Below are positions 38,471 to 48,546 of a stretch of 64,000 nt of DNA, piece by piece. The notes below the pieces were generated by a model that was not told the DNA's origin, did not search any database, and worked only from the letters and a program-made list of their open reading frames with translations. How positions within the stretch are numbered: the stretch's first letter is position 1; the number at the start of each line of letters is the position of its first letter. The DNA is from Macrostomum lignano (taxonomy: Eukaryota). The stretch spans positions 124,001 through 188,000 of the forward strand of contig NIVC01000573.1 in assembly GCA_002269645.1 (NCBI GenBank), written 5' to 3'. The position numbers were made by a program, and so were the translations under genes.

Positions 38471-38845
38471 CGAACTGACGCCTCAGCGAGTTCGGCAGAG
38501 GCTGGCATCACCGGGCTGCACCTGTACGCGGGTCCGCCAAGGCCGCAGAAGAGGCCGCAGGCAAGTCGCTGGGCCACTGCGCCGCTCTCTGCGTCAAGCT
38601 GCAGTGCGCGCTGCTCAGCTTCAACCAGAGGACCCGCCTCTGCCAGCTGGTGCACTTCTACCAGAGCGACGGCTGCAGCCGGGACGGAGCAACCGTGGGA
38701 GGCGCTGAAGGCGACGAGGTGTGGGTGACTGAGCAGTTCCGAGTGCTGATGAGACAGCAGACGGAGGTCTCCACGGCTGCTCCGCAGCAGGTGGTGGCCA
38801 ACGACACGCAGTTCCTCAGTGAGTGAGAAAGTGGACCTGCTTCGC

Positions 38846-39373
38846 CCCCCACCCGACACTTTGCAGACCCGCACGAAGGTTCCGCAGGGTCCGTGCGGCC
38901 CCACCCCGACACTTTGCAGACCCGCACGAAGGTGCCGCAGGGTCCGTGCGGCCCCACCCCGACACTTTGCAGACCCGCACGAAGGTGCCGCAGGGTCCGT
39001 GCGGCCCCACCCCGACACTTTGCAGACCCGCACGAAGGTGCCGCAGGGTCCGTGCGGCCCCACCCCGACACTTTGCAGACCCGCACGAAGGTGCCGCAGG
39101 GTCCGTGCGGCCCCACCCCGACACTTTGCAGACCCGCACGAAGGTGCCGCAGGGTCCGTGCGGCCCCACCCCGACACTTTGCAGACCCGCACGAAGGTGC
39201 CGCAGGGTCCGTGCGGCCCCACCCCGACACTTTGCAGACCCGCACGAAGGTGCCGCAGGGTCCGTGCGGCCCCACCCCGACACTTTGCAGACCCGCACGA
39301 AGGTGCCGCAGGGTCCGTGCGGCCCCACCCCGACACTTTGCAGACCCGCACGAAGGTGCCGCAGGGTCCGTGC
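38846..39373 (+). repeat. 53-bp tandem repeat x10, each unit containing a 3' splice site plus the exon start
   Basis: CCCCACCCCGACACTTTGCAG|ACCCGCACGAAGGTGCCGCAGGGTCCGTGCGG; AG ends at 38866+53n up to 39343. Confidence 0.95.
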
Positions 39374-39876
39374 AGGCCGCAGACCGGCTGCTACCGCATC
39401 GAAGCGCTCGGAGCCAGCGGCGGCTCTATCAACTGCCAAACCGTCGACCCCGAGCCAGAGCTGTACGAAGGAGGTCGCGGTGCCCGCATCGCCGGGTTCT
39501 TCAAACTCTCGGCCGGCACCGTGCTGACCGTTGTTCTTGGCCAGCGGGGCAGGAGCAGCTCGCATGCCAGCCCGGCCTGCTCTGACAACTGCGTGTCCAG
39601 CGGAGGCGGAGGCTCCTTCGTGTACACCGAGGCGGAGCTGCTCCTGGCTGCTGGTGGCGGAGGAGGCGCAGCGGTGTACTTTGCAGGTAACAGCCAAGGG
39701 TCACGTACGAGTTCTTGAACAACCTGTGTGCACAGGGGCCAGGACCGGTGCTCGAACCCCCCCCCCCCGCAAAACCCACCGCAGGCATCGACGGTCAGGG
39801 CGGACCGAACGGCACCGACTCCACCGGCATGAACTTCCTGGCCTGCGGCAGGAACGGGCAGCCTGGCGCGGACATG

Positions 39877-41052
39877 TCCCTCTTCTCTCTTCTCTCCCCC
39901 CCTCTCTCTCTCTCTTCTCTCCTCTCCCTCTCTTCTCTCCTCTCTTCTCTCCTCTCTTCTCTTCTCTTCTCTTCTCTCCTCTCTTCTCTTCTCTCTTCCC
40001 TCTTTTCTCTTTTCTCTTCTCTCCTCTCCCCCTCCTCTCTCTTCTCTCCTCTCCCCTTCCTCTCTCTTCTTTTCTCTTCTCCTTTCTCCTCTCTTCTCTC
40101 CTTTCTTCTCTCTTCTCTTCCCTCTTTTCTCTTCTCTCCTCTCTCTTCTCTCCTTTTTATCTCTTCTCTTCTTTCCTTTATTCTTATTCTCTCTTCTTTT
40201 CGCTCTCATCTGGGCCGCAGCCAATAGCTAGGTGCTTTATCTGGCCCTTAAAGTAAAAAAACTTTGCCGACCTCTGCTGTAGCACATCCTCAGTGTACTC
40301 AATGAACCAAAACCTGCTCAGTAACAATAAATATGGCGGCACAACCAACTCGCACTGCTTCTCACCTTTTCGAGTGAAAACATAGCATTTGCGGCGCCAA
40401 AATGAGTGCCTGCGGCGCCAAAATGAGTGCCTGCGGCGCCAAAATGAGTGCCTGCGGCGCCAAAATGAGTGCCTGCGGCGTTAAAATGAGTGCCTGTCTG
40501 CAGAGCCAGAATGAGCACCTGCAGAGCCAGAATGAGCACCTGCAGAGCCAGAATGAGCACCTGCAGATCCAGAATATGAGTGCCTGCAGAGCCAGAATGA
40601 GTGCCTGCAGAGCCAGAATGAGCACCTGCAGAGCCAGAATGAGTGCCTGCAGAGCCAGAATGAGTGCCTGCAGAGCCAGAATGAGCACCTGCAGAGCCAT
40701 AATATGAGTGCCTGCAGAGCCAGAATGAGTGCCTGCAGAGCCAGAATGAGCACCTGCAGAGCCAGAATGAGTGCCTGCAGAGCCAGAATGAGTGCCTGCA
40801 GAGCCAGAATGAGCACCTGCAGAGCCATAATATGAGTGCCTGCAGAGCCAGAATGAGTGCCTGCAGAGCCAGAATGAGCACCTGCAGAGCCAGAATGAGT
40901 GCCTGCAGAGCCAGAATGAGTGCCTGCAGAGCCAGAATGAGCGCTGACAACACGGATTCTCAAAATAATTTAGGAATTAGTATATACACGCATTTACATG
41001 TAGAATTCTTGGCTTTGCCCACCTCCCCACAAAATCCATGGCGACGCCCCTG
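39877..41052. mobile_element. hAT MITE copy 3 (left end missing) with CT microsatellite and expanded 21-bp array
   Basis: Right TIR CATGGCGACGCCCCTG ends at 41052; (CAGAGCCAGAATGAG(T/C)(G/A)CCTG)n at 40400-40940; same module order as copy 2. Confidence 0.75.
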
Positions 41053-41144
41053 GATTCAGAGACTCCAGAGCAGAGTGTCGCTTGCAAACGTTAACCATGC
41101 AGGTGCTGTTTGGTTGGCTTAGGTAATAAACAATAATAGTAACC

Positions 41145-41424
41145 AATAATTATAATAATAATTGATTACACCTGTGCTAATGGCCAGATGTTCAACCGAC
41201 AGCTCAGCCGCAGCTATTGCGCGGCGCATCTGAAGGCTGCGTACGGCTGTTCAGTCCAAGGACTGGGGGGTCGCCACACTCAGCCGCAATTACCCCAGCT
41301 AATGCTGGCACCCATTTTACAGCTGGGTGAACTGAAGCAATGCAGGGTTAGGTATCTTGCTCAAGGACACAAATTGTTCCGAGTGGGTCTAGAATCGAAC
41401 CCCCGACCTTTCAGTTGTGAGTCA
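41145..41424 (-). mobile_element. tRNA-derived CORE-type SINE, copy C (5'-truncated)
   Basis: B box and core present; homology is lost before the A box. Confidence 0.85.
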
Positions 41425-41974
41425 GGCCGAGTGTGCAGGCTTCTTTGAGCTCAACTGGGTCCCGGAATCCCGGATAATAAAAAGCATAAAATTCGAGATT
41501 ATCTCATTTTCTGGAAAAGAAATGAATCAGTTTCAGTTGCCAAGCCGCCCGATTTTATTGAACCAGACAGACAGGAAAGAAAATGTTTTGCTTGCAGGCG
41601 GGTAAAAAAGTACTTTATGAAACAAATTAGCGCTCATAGAAAGATTGGGGATGCCTTAGGAATGCAGTACAGAGCAGAGTGGTGGAGGAGTTTCGACTAC
41701 ACAGCATGAGCTCTGCTCTGAGTTCAACAAGCAGATAAGATTGCTACTTAACATTTTTGCAGAAAACATGCAGTTAGCAGCTTTGAGATTATGAACTGCA
41801 GTCTATTACAATGCAGTTGGAGCATACTTTACATAGTATAATGATATGAATATCCTAGTTGTCTTCTACTTCTTACTGAGAACAGTGGATTAGCTACATC
41901 TCTCTTCTATGGCGACATCACCGCTCGGATTTCAAGCCATGATGTTGTTGCTATTGGATTGCTAATCTATTCAC

Positions 41975-42137
41975 TGGATTGCTAATCTGTTCACTTGGAT
42001 TGCTAATCTATTCACTGGATTGCTAATCTGCTCACTGGATTGCTAATCTATTCACTGGATTGCTAATCTGCTCACTGGATTGCTAATCTGCTCACTGGAT
42101 TGCTAATCTATTCACTGGATTGCTAATCTGTTCACTG
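41975..42137. repeat. 20-bp minisatellite (GGATTGCTAATCT(A/G)(T/C)TCACT)n just 3' of the galactosyltransferase stop
   Basis: About 8 copies. Confidence 0.9.
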
Positions 42138-42212
42138 AATAACCAATCCAATTCGTGGAACTTCGGATTTTCGGTCAATTTTCGGTCAGCCAGCACTAGG
42201 AGTAAAAAAACA

Positions 42213-44562
42213 TCACAGCGTCAGGTCCAGACTGAACTGCAGCACCGACCGCCACAGCCGGTGCCAGACAACCTCCAGGAATTCGTTGTGATCGGCCACC
42301 AGAAAGATGTAGTCGAGAATCTTCTCGGACGCCAGGCTGGGCAGCTGTCCGGTGTACCCGTGTCCGGCCCAGAACCCGGCCAGCGGCACCTTCGCGGCCG
42401 CGGCCAGCACGCCAGTCACGTAGACATCGTCAATCCAGAAGAACTTGCTGAACAGAGAGCACAGGTACAGGTCGGGCAGGCGGGAGGCGCGCACCGCGTA
42501 GCCGAAGCCCTCGCAGTAGGCGGGGTAGCGGGCCGCCGCGAACTCCGCCCGGTTGACCGCCCACTTGGCCTTCGGGCCGCGCCTCAGCCGCTGCGGCTTG
42601 GCGCCGCGGGTGTTGGAGCAGTAGAAGCCGTCGGGCGGGCTGTGCTGCAGAAACGCAGCTAGGTGCACCACGTCCGTGAAGGTGTCGTCGTCTACTTTGG
42701 CGAGGTATTGCGCCGACTGGCAGTGGAGGATCATCCACTCGTAGACGCTCAGGTGCTTCAGCGACATGTTGCGATAGTGCTCTCGGTAGTCCAGCTGTAG
42801 GGGGGGGAATAAGAGGTGAGTTGCTTCACGCGTCACCAATCCGGAAAATAAAGCGACTGCAATTGGCGCAAATGCATGAACTCAAACCGACTGCAATTGG
42901 CGCCAAATGCATGAACTCGAAACGACTGCAATTGGCGCCAAATGCATGAACTCAAACCGACTGCAATTGGCGCCAAATGTATGAACTCAAACCGACTGCA
43001 ATTGGCGCCAAATGCATGAACTCAAACCGACTGCAATTGGCGCCAAATGCATGAACTCAAACCGACTGCAATTGGCGACAAATGCATGAACTCAAACCGA
43101 CTGCAATTGGCGCCAAATGCATGAACTCAAACCGACTGCAATTGGCGCCAAATGCATGAACTCAAACCGACTGCAATTGGCGACAAATGCATGAACTCAA
43201 ACCGACTGCAATTGGCGCCAAATGCATAAACTCAAACCGACTGCAATTGGCGCCAAATGCATAAACTCAAACCGACTGCAATTGGCGCCAAATGCATGAA
43301 CTCAAACCGACTGCAATTGGCGCCAAATGCATGAACTCAAACCGACTGCAATTGGCCCCAAATGCATGAACTCAAACCGACTGCAATTGGCGCCAAATGC
43401 ATGAACTCAAACCGACTGCAATTGGCGCCAAATGCATGAACTCAAACCGACTGCAATTGGCGCCAAATGCATGAACTCAAACCGACTGCAATTGGCGCCA
43501 AATGCATGAACTCGAAACGACTGCAATTGGCGCCAAATGCATGAACTCAAACCGACTGCAATTGGCGCCAAATGTATGAACTCAAACCGACTGCAATTGG
43601 CGCCAAATGCATGAACTCAAACCGACTGCAATTGGCGCCAAATGCATGAACTCAAACCGGCTGCAATCGATGCCAAACGAATGAACTCAAAGCGACTGCA
43701 ATTGGCGCCAAACGCATGAACTCCAGCAGCTGAAAATGACGCCTAAGCACAGCTCAGACTCACCTGCACAATGTCCCGATGCCGGCGACTCTCTGCGTCA
43801 ATCTCGGCCTGGTGCTCCGGGTTCCCCGGCAGGCCCAGGAAGAAGACCAGCTGCAGGCGGTTGGCGCCGACGTAGCGCAGGGAGCCCAGGTCCGGCGGAT
43901 GGTGGCGCGCCTGTTGAAGTTCTTGGCGTTGCTGTGCACGGCGGTGAGCAGCAGCAGCTGGCCGGCGCACAGGTCCGGCTCGTTGTGCACGTAGGCGAAG
44001 TTCTGCACGTAGCGCAGGACGAACGGGTTGGCGCGGGCGCCGGCGCAGGCCTTGGCGCGCTCCGAGAGGCTCCTTGGATCGGCGCTGGAGGTGGCCAGGA
44101 GGTTCAGCAGAGGCAGCTTGGAGCGCAGCGAGCTCATCAGCCGGCCGCCGGGTCCTGATGGCTGGCGTCGGCCACGCGGCGAAGGAAGTCGGTGACTGCG
44201 AGCGGCTGCCGGTTCAGAGAAGGCGCCTGCGGCTCCGACGGCTGCTGCTGAAGCACTTCAGCGGGCTGAGCAGCCGAGCGATTTGATGCAGCTGCTGCTG
44301 AAGCCTGAGAAAGCGGAGCTTGTTGCTGCTGTTGAGGTTGCGGCTGCTGCTGCTGCTGCGGTACCGCTGGCGGAGGCGGTGCAGCGGCGGCCGCTGCCGA
44401 GGAGGTCAGCGCCGTTGAGACGATGAGGCAGGTGGCGGCGGTCAGAAGCAGCAGCGGGGCCAGCCAGCGGCCGCAGCGGCGAAGGTGGCCCAGCATGAGG
44501 CTGAGGGGGCGACGTCGGCACAGCAGACGATGCAGGATCCGCAGCAGCGACCTCTTCAGCAT
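42213..44562 (-). CDS. B3GALT: Beta-1,3-galactosyltransferase family (GT31), type II membrane protein, 2 exons, ~460 aa after correcting two 1-nt deletions
   Basis: Exon 1 44562-43764 (799 nt; +2 nt restores phase 0) and exon 2 42794-42213. N-terminal TM, LLTAVHS..NFNRRATIRRTWG, VFFLG, AESRRHRDIVQ|LDYREHYRNMSLK, KVDDDTF, YPAYCEGFGY, WIDDVYVTG. Frameshifts at ~44160 and ~43886. Confidence 0.85.
42853..43725. repeat. 35-bp palindromic minisatellite filling the galactosyltransferase intron
   Basis: (CGACTGCAATTGGCGCCAAATGCATGAACTCAAAC)n, about 24 copies, no spacers. Confidence 0.95.
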
Positions 44563-45829
44563 CGACGGCTGGCGTCGTCAACGGCTGCTGCTGCCGGCGC
44601 TGCTTCTAGGAGAGGCTGGAAGAGATGAAGAGGCTGCAGCCGAAGATCTAAGGATGCAACAGGAGGCATTCCATTCGATTTGATTTTGTTAGGAGAGACC
44701 GCGAATTCGGATTGCACCGGGGGGTCTAGGCGTGGCTCTGCCTTCACCTTAGGGGCAGGCAGATTCATTTATGGCCGGCCTGCCCCCCCACCCCCCAGCC
44801 AATTCCACGCCTACTCCTACAGGCCAGTGCAGCAGTGTACGCGGGCTGTGTGCGCACAGGGACTGGTGGGACGGCGGGTGAGCGATGGGGAACTGAGTGG
44901 GGGAGGGAGCAGGGAGATCCCGGATGTGCGCTGGACTGTCCGCTCCGCGGGCTGCTCCCCCCACCCAGATTCCCTCACGAGCCAATGGCTGCGGGACGCT
45001 CAAGAAGATCTGCTCCGCTTCTGCAGAGGATGCTCTCGACTGAAGCAATTCACGGGAGAAGACAAACTTGCCAGGAGACACGCGAGGAAAGAGCTAAAAA
45101 AGTGAAGAAATACGGGACCTGAGTGCAGGGAATGCGGAGAGTTCTGAACAGCAAGCAATTGCTTGAATATTGTGAAAAAATGACATCGCCATTGGCAAGG
45201 CAGCGCAGCTACATTGCCTGCAGTTTTCCACAAGTTTAGGCTAATTACCGTTTTTTATGGCTCCGCTTGGCCGCTTGGCGACAAAAACTCCTACGCCTTT
45301 CTCAAGCGCATGTTCTGCAGATAACGAGTTGCCAGGGGGGGGGGGGCAAAACTGCGCACTGAACTGCAGTTAAGCGCTAATACGGTGCTGTAGAAATGCT
45401 TGTCAATCGGCTATAGGCTAATGGCCGGGCAATATGATGCCCTCACTGATTAGGCTCCAGTTCGCACACAGAGGTCGCGCGCTCACCTCACCCGTGACAT
45501 TCGACACTTGGATACCCGCCAGGAGCGCCCTGAAAGCAAATTAAGGCAAGGCCGGAGAACACGAGTGAACGAGCGTAGGCCGCAGAGCCTGCCCTATGCA
45601 CAGGATACACCTGCATGGGCAGAGAGGTGCAGTGAGGCTGGCAGTGCTGCACATGAATGGCAGAAGCCTCCTTAGAACTGTGCCAGCCATGTAGAACATG
45701 AACTAGGAGGGAGCTGCATGTAAGCAGCTTGCGATATCAAATCTTGTTGCGAGGAGTGGGGCAGCAACTTTCGGTGAGAGAGAAGCTAGATTAATAAGAG
45801 CTAAAGGTGATGCAGAAGGAATCGAAATT

Positions 45830-46415
45830 GAGATGCAGGGATTAAATTACATGTAGGAATTGAGATGCAGGGATCAAAGTACATGTAGGGATCAAGATTA
45901 AGGGATTAAATTACCAGTACATGTAGGGATTGAGATGCAGGGAGTACATGTAGGTATTGAGATGCAGGGATCAAAGTACATGTAGGGATAAAGATGCTGG
46001 GATCAAAGTACATGTAGGGATCAAGATTAAGGGATTAAATTACCAGTACATGTAGGGATTGAGATGCAGGGAGTACATGTAGGTATTGGGATGCAGGGAT
46101 CAAAGTACATGTAGGGATAAAGATGCTGGGATCAAAGTACATGTAGGGATTGAGATGCAGGGATCAAAGTACATGTAGGGATTGAGATGTAGGGATCAAA
46201 GTACATGTAGGGATTGAGATGCAGGGATCAAAGTACATGTAGGGATTGAGATGCAGGGATCAAAGTACATGTAGGGATTGAGATGCAGGGATCAAAGTAC
46301 ATGTAGGGATTGAGATGCAGGGATCAAAGTACATGTAGGGATTGAGATGCAGGGATCAAAGTACATGTAGGGATTGAGATGCAGGGATCAAAGTACATGT
46401 AGGGATTGAGATGCA
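45830..46415. repeat. 32-bp minisatellite (TACATGTAGGGATTGAGATGCAGGGATCAAAG)n
   Basis: Direct reading; more degenerate in the 5' part. Confidence 0.92.
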
Positions 46416-47057
46416 TGATTGCCTTAGCCAAGTAGCCGCTGAGACTAGAACCAAGCATTCAACTCAAGTTAATCTAGCAAATTATCCAGTTGCTCTGAGA
46501 CTTGAAATTGATTGAAGTGGAAACAATTAGAATTTTGATAGTCAAATTTCAATTCATTAAAATGCGACTCCCTGCAAGTCATTCAACTTTGAATGAACAA
46601 AAGGCTTTTTAGATCGATTGAATCCATTTTTTGGTGACCTGAGCCTTTAAAAATAAAGAATTCTTTAAACTTTATTAAACGGGTTTAATTAGTGCCAAAT
46701 ATTTACTAATAAAAATTGATTTTCGATACATACCGTCTGGCATTCGACAGTTAAATGTACATGCAGCTCCCCTGCGCAAAAAAGCAACACAGGAAGAAGC
46801 AAGCCAAATAACAGCGGGGGACAATTTATGCCTGAGATGCAGCGCAGGCTCCTGCGGCATCTATCGGGATAATTAATGAGCCATAAATAATTTATTATAT
46901 AAGCTGATACATTAGCATGCTTAGGTGATCAACCGAGCACAGGAGCTCAAGCAAAATAATTAATATAAAATGCAGCAGTACAAAAATAATTTTTTGTGGG
47001 AATAAAGAGAGTTGCTAGAATGAACAAATGAAGACAAAATGCGCTTAGCCGAAAAAA

Positions 47058-48540
47058 AGTTTATCAGTCAATTCTCCTAGTTTATCAGTCAATTCTCCCA
47101 GTTTATTAGTCAATTCTCCCAGTTTATCAGTCAATTCTCCCAGTTTATCAGTCAATTCTCCCAGTTTATCAGTCAATTCTCCCAGTTTATCAGTCAATTC
47201 TCCCAGTTTATCAGTCAATTCTCCCAGTTTATCAGTCAATTCTCCCAGTCTATCAATCGATTCTCCCAGTTTATCAGTCAATTCTCCCAGTTTATCAGTC
47301 AATTCTCCCAGTTTATCAATCAATTCTCCCAGTTTATCAGTCAATTATCCCAGTCTATCAGTCGATTCTCCCAGTCTATCAATCAATTCTCCCAGTTTAT
47401 CAGTCAATTCTCCCAGTTTATCAGTCAATTCTCCCAGTTTATCAGTCAATTCTCCCAGTCTATCAATCGATTCTCCCAGTCTATCAATCAATTCTCCCAG
47501 TTTATCAGTCAATTCTCCCAGTCTATCAGTCGATTCTCCTAGTCTATCAATCAATTCTCCCAGTTTATCAGTCAATTCTCCCAGTTTATCAGTCAATTCT
47601 CCCAGTCTATCAATCGATTCTCCCAGTTTATCAGTCAATTCTCCCAGTTTATCAGTCAATTCTCCCAGTTTATCAATCAATTCTCCCAGTTTATCAGTCA
47701 ATTCTCCCAGTTTATCAATCAATTCTCCCAGTTTATCAGTCAATTCTCCCAGTCTATCAGTCAATTCTCCCAGTTTATCAGTCAATTCTCCCAGTTTATC
47801 AGTCAATTCTCCCAGTCTATCAGTCGATTCTCCTAGTCTATCAATCAATTCTCCCAGTTTATCAGTCAATTCTCCCAGTTTATCAGTCAATTCTCCCAGT
47901 CTATCAATCGATTCTCCCAGTCTATCAATCAATTCTCCCAGTCTATCAGTCAATTCTCCCAGTCTATCAGTCAATTCTCCCAGTTTATCAGTCAATTCTC
48001 CCAGTTTATCAGTCAATTCTCCCAGTCTATCAGTCAATTCTCCCAGTCTATCAGTCAATTCTCCCAGATTATCAATCAATTCTCCCAGTTTATCAGTCAA
48101 TTCTCCCAGTTTATCAGTCAATTCTCCCAGTTTATCAGTCAATTCTCCCAGTCTATCAATCGATTCTCCCAGTTTATCAGTCAATTCTCCCAGTCTATCA
48201 GTCAATTCTCCCAGTTTATCAATCAATTCTCCCAGTCTATCAGTCAATTCTCCCAGTTTATCAATCAATTCTCCCAGTTTATCAGTCAATTCTCCCAGTT
48301 TATCAATCAATTCTCCCAGTTTATCAGTCAATTCTCCCAGTTTATCAGTCAATTCTCCCAGTCTATCAATCAATTCTCCCAGTCTATCAGTCAATTCTCC
48401 CAGTCTATCAGTCAATTTTCCCAGTTTATCAGTCAATTCTCCCAGTTTATCAGTCAATTCTCCCAGTCTATCAATCAATTCTCCCAGTTTATCAGTCAAT
48501 TCTCCCAGTCTATCAATCAATTCTCCCAGTCTATCAACCA
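47058..48540. repeat. 21-bp minisatellite, about 70 copies, starting just after the MDC1 stop
   Basis: (AGTCAATTCTCCCAGTTTATC)n; 7-aa period LGELTDK on the minus strand. Confidence 0.97.
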
Positions 48541-48546
48541 ACCCCG

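Larger units (their letters stand above)
35478..39876 (+). pseudogene. Disrupted (or unusually spliced) gene for a PAN domain + ALK/LTK-type glycine-rich domain protein
   Basis: Signal-like MTAKLNRKLLWSALAICWNCWN* at 35478. PAN exon ~38479-38818 (HCAALCVKLQCALLSFNQRTRLCQL, GTGAGT donor). Gly-rich exon to 39686 (PQTGCYRIEALGASGG..GGRGARIAGFFKL..VVLGQRG..GGGGSFV..LLLAAGGGGG). A further exon from ~39736 is cut off by a MITE. Lesions: in-frame TGA, 2.9-kb array, frame conflicts. Confidence 0.6.

Noticed and set aside
42853-43725. CRISPR-like 35-bp palindromic repeats
   Set aside because: Units are head-to-tail with no unique spacers, there are no cas genes, and the array is inside a spliceosomal intron.
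44680-45233. GC-rich ORFs upstream of the galactosyltransferase
   Set aside because: No domain or splice model; more likely 5' UTR or promoter sequence.
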